From an uncultured Phycisphaeraceae bacterium (GTDB lineage Bacteria > Planctomycetota > Phycisphaerae > Phycisphaerales > UBA1924): a stretch of DNA of 64,000 bases. The translations under genes and the position numbers were made by a program. Numbering within the stretch: position 1 is the first letter of the stretch; every line of letters starts with the position of its first letter. A model generated the notes under the pieces. That model was not told the origin of the DNA and did not search any database. It saw only the letters and a list, made by a program, of their open reading frames with translations. Positions 27,516 through 36,427 of the stretch are shown here, in pieces. The DNA is taken from contig CAYGLT010000001.1 of NCBI GenBank assembly GCA_964350875.1, forward strand, positions 6,199-70,198, given 5' to 3'.

Positions 27516-28585
27516 TCGCCCGCCGCCTCGATGACTCGTTCGAGCAACTCACGCCCGCCTTCCCGGAATTCGATGTCCACACGGGGCACGATCCAGTCGA
27601 TGCCGGCGTCGTCACCCTCACGAAGCACGCGTCGGATCTTCACCCAGTCCTTCGCCGTCGTCACGATGGACGCCGCGCCCCGACGCGCGGCTTCTTCGAG
27701 TATCCCGTCCACCATCGCGCCGGTGTACGCGGCGTGATCTGCGAGGATGCGATCGCCCACGATCGACGCGCCGCACGCCGCGACCTGCGCACGGAACGCC
27801 TCCGGGTTGCCGATACCCGCGACGAGCATCGCACGGGCCCGCGAGAGCGCATCGGCGGGTTCGCGCTCGGCGGGCGCCTTCGGCCCGGAATATCGATCGA
27901 GGTGCGACCAGCGATGCGCGCAGGTCGCGAGTGTCGTGCCCTGGCCGGCGGCGATCTGAAGGCGATCACGGAGCCGTTCGAGCGTGCGACCGTCCACGCG
28001 ATCGGCGCGTGTGATCACGACCGCGTCCGCGCGGGCGAGCGAGTCGACGGGTTCGCGAAGCCAGCCGCGCGGGAGACAGTGATCGGTGAACGGATCGCGG
28101 GTCGCGTCGACAAGCACGATGTCCAGATCGCGCGCGACGAACCGGTGCTGGAACGCGTCGTCGAGCAGGATGCAATCGGCCTTCCCCCCGGCGTCAAAGA
28201 ACCCGGCGATGGCGGCCGCGCGGTCGGGGTTCGCGAGCACGCTCACACCCTCGAGCGACTCGCGGTACTCGGCCTCCTCGTCGGAGAGTTCGTCGCCGCG
28301 TTTCTTGTACCCGCGCATGGCGATGGCTGGACGCTTGTGACGCGCGAGCAACTCTCGGGCGAGCCTCGTGACCACGGGCGTCTTGCCGGTGCCGCCCAGC
28401 GTGAGATTCCCGACGCTGATCACGGGAACGGGCGCGCGCCAGACGCGCTCGCCGCGATCGAACCGCGCGTTCCTGCGGCGAACGGCCCACGCGTACAACG
28501 GCTCGAACACGCCGAGCGGCCGGAGCGGGAGAGGCAGGGGGGAGGATGGACGGCCGCCCGGCCGAGCGGGCGCGTCAGTCGTCAT
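27512..28585 (-). CDS. lpxK: tetraacyldisaccharide 4'-kinase
   Basis: The P-loop context VISVGNLTLGGTGKTPVV and the overall LpxK layout are present. I chose the ATG at 28585; a GTG at 28621 is also possible. Confidence 0.88.
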   Translation of the reverse strand: MTTDAPARPGGRPSSPLPLPLRPLGVFEPLYAWAVRRRNARFDRGERVWRAPVPVISVGNLTLGGTGKTPVVTRLARELLARHKRPAIAMRGYKKRGDELSDEEAEYRESLEGVSVLANPDRAAAIAGFFDAGGKADCILLDDAFQHRFVARDLDIVLVDATRDPFTDHCLPRGWLREPVDSLARADAVVITRADRVDGRTLERLRDRLQIAAGQGTTLATCAHRWSHLDRYSGPKAPAEREPADALSRARAMLVAGIGNPEAFRAQVAACGASIVGDRILADHAAYTGAMVDGILEEAARRGAASIVTTAKDWVKIRRVLREGDDAGIDWIVPRVDIEFREGGRELLERVIEAAGE

Positions 28586-28997
28586 GGTCGGATTGTGGCG
28601 TCTTTGAACCGTCTTTGCCACGCGCGGCCTGTTTGGCGATGTAGAGCATGCCCTCCCCGGTCGCCGCGGTCCGTCGGCGCGCCTCGGCGGCGATGCGCCA
28701 TGTGTTCAGCGCATCGACGATTGCGAGCAGCACGCTCACGATCACAAGCATGCCCACGACGGTCCAGATCAGGACGAACGCTCGAGCGGAAGTCTCGGCG
28801 TCCACGATCGAAACGCCGGCCGCGAAGAGCGGGACACAGAGCATCATGACCCAGGAGTTGGCCTGCCTGATCCGTTTGCGGCTCGCGGGCATCGGCCGAC
28901 GGTCCAGCCCGGTCGAATGCCACGCGATGAGGATAAGCGCGACGGCCGCGAGAGGGAGCGCGATCCACGGCGAGATCGTGACGGCGGCGAGGGTCAC
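28575..28997 (-). CDS. small multi-pass membrane protein, unknown function
   Basis: GTG at 28997 overlaps the maf stop (GTGA). It has three hydrophobic segments (ISPWIALPLAAVALILIAW, WVMMLCVPLFAAGVSIV, FVLIWTVVGMLVIVSVLLAIV). Confidence 0.5.
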   Translation of the reverse strand: MTLAAVTISPWIALPLAAVALILIAWHSTGLDRRPMPASRKRIRQANSWVMMLCVPLFAAGVSIVDAETSARAFVLIWTVVGMLVIVSVLLAIVDALNTWRIAAEARRRTAATGEGMLYIAKQAARGKDGSKTPQSDHDD

Positions 28998-29644
28998 GGG
29001 GTGGTCGCCAACGCGTCGAGGTCGCGGGTCAGGATCGGCGACAGCATTTTCATCGGGAGGCCGGTGATCGTTCCCGGGTCGCCCGTGTACTCGATGGGCC
29101 ACCCGTCGGCGAGGCGTTCCTCGAGGTTGTACGCTCCGGCCTTGCCGCGCCACCCGCCCGACACGATGTATGCGTCGATGCGATCGTCGCCGATTGTCCC
29201 GACGCGCACCGACGCGCTATCGACGAACAGGCGGCGTTTCCCGCCCGGCATGAGCAGCGCGACGCCCGTCAACACCTGATGCGACCCATCCTCGAGCGTA
29301 CGAACGGTCGAGTTCGCGTGCTCGGCGTCGCGGGGCTGGCCGATGACGGCGCCGTCTTTCACGACGACGGTGTCCGAGCCGAGGACGACCGCGCCGTCGG
29401 CGAGTGATCCAAGTTGGCGTTGGCCGCCTCGCGCCTTGATGTGCGCGAGCGCGATGACCCACTCCGAGGGCGTGACGGGTCCCATCTCCAGAAGGCCATC
29501 GTCCACGCCCGGGTTGACGGTCTCAAACTCGAACCCGTGGCGGCTCAGCAACTCGGCCCGGCGTGGGGATGTGCTCGCGAGGTACAGCCGGACCGTTCGC
29601 TTGGGCGGTTCGACCGTGGCGCCGGAATGAGCGGGCGAATCCAT
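28994..29644 (-). CDS. maf: Maf-like nucleoside triphosphate pyrophosphatase
   Basis: Diagnostic stretches are RLYLASTSPRRAELL, VLGSDTVV and GKAGAYNLEE. Confidence 0.88.
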   Translation of the reverse strand: MDSPAHSGATVEPPKRTVRLYLASTSPRRAELLSRHGFEFETVNPGVDDGLLEMGPVTPSEWVIALAHIKARGGQRQLGSLADGAVVLGSDTVVVKDGAVIGQPRDAEHANSTVRTLEDGSHQVLTGVALLMPGGKRRLFVDSASVRVGTIGDDRIDAYIVSGGWRGKAGAYNLEERLADGWPIEYTGDPGTITGLPMKMLSPILTRDLDALATTP

Positions 29645-29698
29645 CTGGGGATGGTACGAACGACGGGGGCGGAAGTTGCCCCGGGATTCCGCTCGGAA

Positions 29699-30499
29699 TT
29701 ACGAAGCCGGGTAGGTGGCCGAGGTCTTCTCGGTCTCCCAGACCGTGACAGTGCGGAGATTTGCGCCGGCCTCGGCGATCGGGCGGCGGAGAAGACCGAA
29801 GCACACTCGGGCGATGTTCTCGACCGAGGGGTTCAGGGCGTGGTCGCCGAACTCCTCGGTGTCGATGTTGAGGTGCTTGTGATCGAAGCGCTCAATGACA
29901 CGCTCGTCCGTGATGCGCTCGAGGTCGGCCAGCGAGAACGGGCGGTCCGCGTCGAGCGGGATCTCGACCGCTGGTTCGACGACATAGTTGTGGCCGTGCC
30001 CCGACGGGAGCGTGCACTTGCCGAAGAGGCGCCTGTTCTCGTCCTCGGAGAGCGTGGGCACATGCAGGCGGTGCGAGGCGGCGAACTCGAATCGCTGGCG
30101 GAGGATCGCGGTGGTCATTTGGTTCGGGCTCATCTCGATGCTGTAGGTCGGGCTGAGGGACCAACGGGCGCTGTGCAGCACGCCCCCGAGCGCGTCCTTG
30201 AGGGCCGGCAGGAAGCCGCGCATCACGGTCGCGGGCTCCGCTGAGGGCGTCATTCTGCACGCGTCGGCGATCGCCGGGATGGCGGCCGAACGGGCGGCGG
30301 CGTCTATCGCCTTGATGTCAAGGAAGTACCCGGTGTCCGGGCTGGCTTCCCCTCGGCAGGAGATATCGATCTGGTACCATCTTCCCAGACCGCGCATCGC
30401 GGGCTTCCCCGCGTAGCCGTTCGGGCTCGCGTCGATGGCCGCCGGCGAATCCGGCGCATCGTTGACGGCGAACCGGACTGTGCGCGAGAGGAATAGCAC
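29699..30499 (-). CDS. 6-pyruvoyl-tetrahydropterin synthase/QueD family protein (two-lobed)
   Basis: The C-terminal lobe has FEFAASHRL, GKCTLPSGHGHNY and FDHKHLN. I chose the GTG at 30499 because the longer ORF would overlap the divergent gpx start. Confidence 0.72.
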   Translation of the reverse strand: MLFLSRTVRFAVNDAPDSPAAIDASPNGYAGKPAMRGLGRWYQIDISCRGEASPDTGYFLDIKAIDAAARSAAIPAIADACRMTPSAEPATVMRGFLPALKDALGGVLHSARWSLSPTYSIEMSPNQMTTAILRQRFEFAASHRLHVPTLSEDENRRLFGKCTLPSGHGHNYVVEPAVEIPLDADRPFSLADLERITDERVIERFDHKHLNIDTEEFGDHALNPSVENIARVCFGLLRRPIAEAGANLRTVTVWETEKTSATYPAS

Positions 30500-30576
30500 G
30501 CCCGGATCGTAGCGTTGTCGGTGCGGCGGGCGCCCGCCCGCGACCAGGCAGAACACGCAAGAGGGAGTCCTGAACC

Positions 30577-31197
30577 ATGAAGTGCTCAATGTGCAAAACC
30601 GGTGTTGGACTGGCGCTCGCGGGCGCTGCCGCGGTAGGCATCGCGTCGATGACCGGTCCGGTCGCCGTCGCCGCGAATCCGGAGAAGACCGACATGACAG
30701 AGCAGTCCTCGTATGTGCTCGGGTACACCATGCCGCGCCTCGACGGGACCGAGCAGCCCCTGAAGGAATACGAGGGCAAGGTCATTCTCATCGTCAACAC
30801 CGCGAGCAAGTGCGGCCTCACTCCTCAGTACGAAGAGATCCAGGCGCTCTATGACGGGAAGAAGGGCGACGGATTCGTTGTGCTTGGGTTCCCGGCCAAC
30901 AACTTCATGGGCCAGGAGCCGGGCACGGACAAGCAGATCGCCGAATTCTGTTCCCAGAACTACGGCGTGACCTTCCCGATGTTCTCCAAGGTCAGCGTGA
31001 AGGGCGACGACGCCTGCGCGCTCTACAAGCAACTCACCTCGCAGCCCTCGCCGATCGGAGGGGAGATCCAGTGGAACTTCGATAAGTTCCTCGTCGACCG
31101 GTCGGGCAATGTGGTGGCGCGGTTCTCGCCGCGCACGAAGGTGACGGACGACGCGTTCAAGGCGAAACTCGCGGAGTTGCTCCGGCAGGACGCGTGA
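30577..31197 (+). CDS. gpx: glutathione peroxidase (Cys-type) with signal peptide
   Basis: Diagnostic stretches are LIVNTASKCGLTPQY, GFPANNFMGQEPG and WNFDKFLVDRSG. ATG at 30577 follows GAGGGAG. Confidence 0.92.
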   Translation: MKCSMCKTGVGLALAGAAAVGIASMTGPVAVAANPEKTDMTEQSSYVLGYTMPRLDGTEQPLKEYEGKVILIVNTASKCGLTPQYEEIQALYDGKKGDGFVVLGFPANNFMGQEPGTDKQIAEFCSQNYGVTFPMFSKVSVKGDDACALYKQLTSQPSPIGGEIQWNFDKFLVDRSGNVVARFSPRTKVTDDAFKAKLAELLRQDA

Positions 31198-31209
31198 GCG
31201 ATCTGCGGC

Positions 31210-33636
31210 TCACCGTTTCGGCTTCCAGCCGAGCAGTCGCAGCGCATTCAGCACAACAATGACGGTGCTGCCTTCGTGGAACACGACGGCCCAGCCGATG
31301 CTCGCGTCGCCCATCGCCGCGAGCGGCGCAAGCACGACGATCACGCCGAGCGCGAAGACCATGTTCTGAAGCACGATCCGCCGCGCGAACTTCGCGAGCG
31401 AGATCGCTTCGGGAAGGCGCGCCAGGTCGTCGTTGAGCAGCGCGACATCCGCGGTCTCGAGCGCGGCGTCGGATCCGGCTGCCCCCATCGCGATCCCGAT
31501 CGTCGCCGCCGCCAGCGCGGGGGCGTCGTTCACACCGTCGCCGACCATCGCGACGCGGTCGTACTTCTCGATCAACTCGCCGATGTGATCGAGTTTCTGG
31601 TCGGGCATGAGCGACGCGTGGGTCTCGTCCAGGCCGACCGCGGAAGACACAGCGAGCGCCGCGCCCTCGTTGTCGCCCGTGAGCATCGCCTGACGCTCGA
31701 TGCCCAGGCGGCGAAGCGCATCGATGCTGGCGCGTGCGTCGGGCCGAGGAGGATCGGCGAGCCCGAGCACGCCGAGGTATTTCCCGCCTTTGCGCACGAT
31801 CACGGCCGTGGCGCCGAGTTCTCGCTCCATCCGCTCGAGCGCGGATGTCGCGGTCGTCGGGAGCGCGGCGTCGTCGGCGAACATCTTGGGCGAGCCGACC
31901 TCGATCAACACTCCGTTCAGTTGGCCGTGCAGCCCCTTGCCTTGAACCATGGTCACCGAATCGGCTTCGGCGCCGTCCCATCCTTGTTCGCGCGCGGCCT
32001 CGATGATCGCGCGGGCCAGCGGATGGGCGCTCCCGGTCTCGATCGACGCCGCCGCGAACAGCGCGTCGTTGTCTCCCGCGCCATCGAGCGGCTCGTTCCC
32101 GACAATGCGCGGCTTGCCCTCGGTGAGCGTGCCGGTCTTGTCGAACGCGATGGCGCGCAGCCTCGCGAGGGATTCGAGGTGTGCGCCGCCCTTGATGAGC
32201 ACGCCGAGCCGCGCGGAGCGCGCGAGCGCGGAAAGCATGGCCGCGGGCGTGCCGATCGCGAGCGCACACGGTGACGCGGCGGTGAGGAAGGCCATCGACC
32301 GGTAGAACCAGGTCGCGAACGCGTCGGCGGTCGGGCCCGCGAGCAGGGGGGGCAGGAGAAAGATGAGCAAGGTCGCGCACAGCACGAGGGGCACATAGAA
32401 CCGCTCGACCTTCGTCGTGAACAGTTCGGTGGGGCTCTTGCGGGTCTGCGCTTCCTCGACGAGACGGATGGCCATCGCGAGGGTCGTCTCGGTGTACGCG
32501 CGGTCGACGCGCGCTTCGAGGGCGCCGTCGCCGTTGATCGTTCCCGCGAACACCCGCTCGCCCGGCGCTTTCTCGACGGGCGTGGATTCGCCCGTGACGG
32601 GAGACTGGTCGATGGACGAATAGCCCGAGAGCACATCTCCGTCGGCGGGGACGCGCTCGCCCGGCTTGATGACGACGACATCGCCGACCGCGAGTTCTTC
32701 GGCGCGCACTTCGGTCGTGGTGCCGTCGGGATTCTTCCGCCACGCCGTTTCGGGCGCGAGTTCGTGGAGGGCCTCGATCGCGCGGCGTGCGCGGTCCATC
32801 GCGAGGTGCTCCCCCGCGTGCCCGAACGCGAAGAGCACGAGCAGGAGGGCGCCTTCCTCCCAGTGCCCGATGACGGCCGCGCCGATGGCGGCGACGAACA
32901 TCAGCACATCGATGTTGAACCGGAAGCGAGCGAGGGTGAGAAATGTGTCGCGCGCGGTGTTCCAGCCGGCCAGCGGATACGCCGCGATGATGAGCGACAG
33001 CCACACCCACTGAGGCGCCCCGAAGACTTTCCAGGCGAGCATCCCGGAGCCCAGCGCGATCGCGCCGAGGATCGCGCCCATCAGTTCGGGAGACTCCCGC
33101 GCCTCGCTCCAGATCGCGGCGAGTTTCTGCTTGCGCGTCTTGATCCGCGCACGCGTGATGCGCCGCTCCGCTTCGCGCTCCGAGAGCGGTTCGACGCGGA
33201 AGCCCAGCGAGTTCAGACGCAGCGCGACATCGGCGAGTTGGCATTCCGCGCGGTCGAACTCGACACGGAGGGTGCACGACGGAAACGATGCGCTCGCGTG
33301 GACGCTCGGGAGCGCGCTCAGCGCCGCTTCGATGGCTTTCGCGCTTTGCGCAGACGCCATCCCGTCCACCGCGAGCATGACGCACCCCCAGCGCTCACGC
33401 AGGCCGATGCCCGCGTGCTCGGCCCAGCGGGCGAGGTCCTCGAGCGAGGCGGACCGTTCGTCCAACTCGACCGCGAGCCGGGGTTGCCTGCCGTCACGCT
33501 GAACGCTCACCGAGCGAACACCCGGCGTCTGGCGGGCGTGGCGAAGGAAATGCTCCAGCCGACGGGACGCCTCGGCGGCGTCGTCAGGGAGCAGGAGGGG
33601 GCACTCAACGGAGGTGATGGAGGCGGATTGGGCCAT
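31210..33636 (-). CDS. heavy-metal P1B-type ATPase, P1B-4-like (SPC / HEGST signature)
   Basis: The phosphorylation site is DKTGTLT, with TGES, GDGVNDAPAL, the TM motif AASPCAL and the last-TM motif FHEGSTVIVVLNALRLL. ATG at 33636. Confidence 0.92.
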   Translation of the reverse strand: MAQSASITSVECPLLLPDDAAEASRRLEHFLRHARQTPGVRSVSVQRDGRQPRLAVELDERSASLEDLARWAEHAGIGLRERWGCVMLAVDGMASAQSAKAIEAALSALPSVHASASFPSCTLRVEFDRAECQLADVALRLNSLGFRVEPLSEREAERRITRARIKTRKQKLAAIWSEARESPELMGAILGAIALGSGMLAWKVFGAPQWVWLSLIIAAYPLAGWNTARDTFLTLARFRFNIDVLMFVAAIGAAVIGHWEEGALLLVLFAFGHAGEHLAMDRARRAIEALHELAPETAWRKNPDGTTTEVRAEELAVGDVVVIKPGERVPADGDVLSGYSSIDQSPVTGESTPVEKAPGERVFAGTINGDGALEARVDRAYTETTLAMAIRLVEEAQTRKSPTELFTTKVERFYVPLVLCATLLIFLLPPLLAGPTADAFATWFYRSMAFLTAASPCALAIGTPAAMLSALARSARLGVLIKGGAHLESLARLRAIAFDKTGTLTEGKPRIVGNEPLDGAGDNDALFAAASIETGSAHPLARAIIEAAREQGWDGAEADSVTMVQGKGLHGQLNGVLIEVGSPKMFADDAALPTTATSALERMERELGATAVIVRKGGKYLGVLGLADPPRPDARASIDALRRLGIERQAMLTGDNEGAALAVSSAVGLDETHASLMPDQKLDHIGELIEKYDRVAMVGDGVNDAPALAAATIGIAMGAAGSDAALETADVALLNDDLARLPEAISLAKFARRIVLQNMVFALGVIVVLAPLAAMGDASIGWAVVFHEGSTVIVVLNALRLLGWKPKR

Positions 33637-33713
33637 GTGCGCGTGAGCACCGTATCGGCGACGGGGCGACCGGGGGTGGCGTCGAACCGGCATGAACACC
33701 CGTTCCTGGCTGA

Positions 33714-33730
33714 TTGAGACTCTGTCTCAA
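33714..33730. promoter_or_regulatory. 7-3-7 perfect inverted repeat in the ATPase/feoA divergent intergenic region (candidate metalloregulator operator)
   Basis: The repeat is TTGAGAC-TCT-GTCTCAA, followed 8 nt later by the -10-like TAGTAT (33739-33744). It lies about 70 nt upstream of feoA. Confidence 0.3.
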
Positions 33731-33798
33731 CGAAGGCGTAGTATGTCCCCCCAAGGCGCCCGGATGCGCCCGTCTCGCTCGATTGCGGAGGTTCGGCG

Positions 33799-34155
33799 TT
33801 GGTCCGTCGCAAGCAGGATGTGCCCCAGAACAGTGCTCCCGCGAAGGCGTCGGACGCTGCGCCCGCGGCGAAGCCCGACGACCGGATCCCCCTGACCCAA
33901 CTGCCCCGAGGGGCCACGGGCCGCATCGCGTGCACGAAGGGCCTCGAACCCTGCGATCAGTTCCTTCTCGAGACCCTCGGATTGGCCGACGACACCTGCG
34001 TACGCGTCTGCCGCGCGTCCGGGTCGTGCATTCTTGAGGTGGGCGTCGAGCACGGGCATACCAGCCGCATCGCGATCGCCCGCTCGCTGGCCGCCAAGGT
34101 GCTCGTCGGTCGGGTCGACGACCCCGCTCCGAAGCGCGACGCCGAGGGGGCCTGA
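33799..34155 (+). CDS. feoA: FeoA domain protein
   Basis: The core is IPLTQLPRGATGRIACTKG...LLETLGLADDTCVRV...ILEVG..SRIAIARSLAAKVLV. The start is uncertain (TTG 33799 or GTG 33820). Confidence 0.8.
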   Translation: MVRRKQDVPQNSAPAKASDAAPAAKPDDRIPLTQLPRGATGRIACTKGLEPCDQFLLETLGLADDTCVRVCRASGSCILEVGVEHGHTSRIAIARSLAAKVLVGRVDDPAPKRDAEGA

Positions 34156-34158
34156 TCC

Positions 34159-36177
34159 GTGGCCGAATCCCCCAGCGCGAGCCCCGCTCGCGAGCAGCGC
34201 CACGCGAACGGTGACGCCCTCGACGCTCCCCGCGTCGTCCTCGTGGGCAACCCCAACGCGGGCAAGACCACGCTCTTCAACCGGCTCTGCGGCCTCCGCC
34301 ACAAAGTCAGCAACTTCCCGGGCACCACTCAGGAGGCAGGCGTCGGTTCCATGCAGGTCGCTTCCGATCTGGGACCGGTGCAACTCCTCGACCTTCCGGG
34401 CGTGTATTCGCTCGCGCTCGACAACTCGGAAGCCGAGGTCTGCCGAGAGTCGCTCGATGGCCGACTCGCGCCGGGGGGTATGCGCCCCACGGTCCCCGAC
34501 GCCGCGATCATCGTGGTCGACGCGTCCAACCTTCAGCGCAACCTGACCTTCGCGGGAGAGATCCTCTCGCGCGGCACGCCGAGCGTCGTAGCCCTGACCA
34601 AAACCGCCGAGGCGCGCAAGCGGGGCGTGGTGGTCGACGCGGCGAAACTCGGCGACGAACTGAACTGTCCGGTCATCACGGTCACCTCCCGGGCCGCGCC
34701 GGAACTCGACGAGATCAAGGCCTCGCTCGCCGAGGCGCTGCGCACGCGCACGCCTTCCGGGCTCGAAGCGGTGGCTGTCTACGGCGAGCGGCGCGCCTGG
34801 GCGGAGCGCATCGCGCGAAATGTCACCAGCCGAGTTGCGATCGAGGACGGCGCCCGCGCCAGCGAGCACGCCGATGTCGTGCTGACGCACCCGTTGATCG
34901 GCCTGATCGCGTTCGCGGCGGTGATGGCGGCGGTCTTCTACATCATCTTCCGCGTCGCCGCGTACCCGATGGACTGGATCGACAACGCGTTCGTATTCCT
35001 GGGCGCGCAACTCGACTGGCTGCTCCCCGCAGGCGCGCTCCGCGAACTCGCGGGCGGCGTGATCGCGGGCGTCGGCTCGACCGTCATCTTCCTCCCTCAG
35101 ATCTGCCTGCTGTTCTTCCTGATCTCGCTGCTCGAACAATCCGGCTTCCTCGCACGCGCCGCGCTGATGACCGACCGCTGGCTGCGCCCGTTCGGTCTCA
35201 GCGGCCACGCGTTCGTCCCGCTCCTGAGCGCTCACGCCTGCGCGCTGCCCGCGATCTCCGCGACGCGCGGCATACCGGACCGGCGCGACCGCCTGGCCGC
35301 GATCCTCGCCGCGCCGTTCATGTCGTGCTCGGCGCGCATCCCGGTGTATGTCCTGCTGACCGTGCTGCTGTTCCCGGCAAGCCCGCTCAAGCAGAGCCTC
35401 GCGTTCGGCGCGTGCTACCTCATCGGCATCGCGGCGGGCCTGATCAGTTCGATGGTTGCGCGGCGGAGCATCCTGCCGGGCCGCAGCCGCGACATGGTCA
35501 TCGAACTCCCGTCCTACACGATGCCCTCGTTCCCCACGGCGATGCGCCTCGCCGGACGGCGCGGCCTCGACTTCCTGCGCAAGGCCGGCACGATCATCCT
35601 CGCCGTGTCGATCGTGCTGTGGTGGCTCGGTTCCTACCCGAAGTCGCAGCCCACGCCCGGCGCCGAAGAGATGCGCGCCCAGGCGGTCACCATCGTCGAG
35701 ACCTCTCCCGACGATGCGCAGTGGCTGATGGACGAGGCCGACCGTCTCGACGCGTCGCACGCCGCCAGTCGTTCCGTGCTGGGCCGCGTCGGGTCGTTCA
35801 TCCAGCCCGTCTTCGCGCCGCTCGGGTATGACCGGCAACTCACGATCGCCGTGCTCGCGAGTTTCGCGGCCCGCGAGGTGTTCGTCGCCACGATGGCCGT
35901 GCAGGTCGCGGGCGTTGATGAACTCGAGAACGAGGACCTGACCACCGCGATGGCCAACGCGACGCGCGACGACGGCTCGCCCGTCTTCACGCCGCCCGTC
36001 GCGTGGTCGCTGCTCATCTTCTATGTGCTGGCGATGCAATGCCTTCCCACCGTCGCGCTGACGGCGCGCGAGGCCGGTCACTGGAAGTGGGCGCTGCTCC
36101 AACTCGGATGGATGACCGCGCTCGCGTATGTCTCGGCGCTGGTCGTGTTCCAGACCCTCTCGGCGACGGGCGGCTGA
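34159..36177 (+). CDS. feoB: ferrous iron transporter B
   Basis: The G-domain has VVLVGNPNAGKTTLFNRL, DLPG and the NxxD-like region, followed by a multi-pass membrane domain. GTG at 34159 lies 4 nt after the feoA stop. Confidence 0.95.
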   Translation: MAESPSASPAREQRHANGDALDAPRVVLVGNPNAGKTTLFNRLCGLRHKVSNFPGTTQEAGVGSMQVASDLGPVQLLDLPGVYSLALDNSEAEVCRESLDGRLAPGGMRPTVPDAAIIVVDASNLQRNLTFAGEILSRGTPSVVALTKTAEARKRGVVVDAAKLGDELNCPVITVTSRAAPELDEIKASLAEALRTRTPSGLEAVAVYGERRAWAERIARNVTSRVAIEDGARASEHADVVLTHPLIGLIAFAAVMAAVFYIIFRVAAYPMDWIDNAFVFLGAQLDWLLPAGALRELAGGVIAGVGSTVIFLPQICLLFFLISLLEQSGFLARAALMTDRWLRPFGLSGHAFVPLLSAHACALPAISATRGIPDRRDRLAAILAAPFMSCSARIPVYVLLTVLLFPASPLKQSLAFGACYLIGIAAGLISSMVARRSILPGRSRDMVIELPSYTMPSFPTAMRLAGRRGLDFLRKAGTIILAVSIVLWWLGSYPKSQPTPGAEEMRAQAVTIVETSPDDAQWLMDEADRLDASHAASRSVLGRVGSFIQPVFAPLGYDRQLTIAVLASFAAREVFVATMAVQVAGVDELENEDLTTAMANATRDDGSPVFTPPVAWSLLIFYVLAMQCLPTVALTAREAGHWKWALLQLGWMTALAYVSALVVFQTLSATGG

Positions 36178-36359
36178 TGACCGCTCCCCAGGCGGGCTTC
36201 GACTGGCAGTTCTGGGTCGCCACCTTCGTCGCGGCCCTCGCGCTGGCGTGGATCGTGCGCTATGTCTGGCGCATCGTCCGGCCTCGGCGTGTCAAACGCA
36301 CTAAAGCGACGCTGACCGTCGGCGGCGAGCCGGTTTCCGAGCGCAAGTTCCGCGCATAG
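36177..36359 (+). CDS. 60-aa single-pass membrane protein translationally coupled to feoB
   Basis: ATG at 36177 overlaps the feoB TGA by 1 nt. The TM segment is FWVATFVAALALAWIV, followed by the basic tail RYVWRIVRPRRVKRTK. Confidence 0.45.
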   Translation: MTAPQAGFDWQFWVATFVAALALAWIVRYVWRIVRPRRVKRTKATLTVGGEPVSERKFRA

Positions 36360-36427
36360 GCCCGGTTACCCTGAATCCGAACATTCTGGACACACCCGCC
36401 CGTTTGGGTGTGTGGTACGCTGCCCGG

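Noticed and set aside
33711-33733. The feoA-upstream palindrome as a canonical Fur box.
   Set aside because: TGATTGAGACTCTGTCTCAACGA shares only the outer TGA...TCA with the 7-1-7 Fur consensus (TGATAATnATTATCA) and is far more GC-rich. I kept it only as an unassigned operator candidate.
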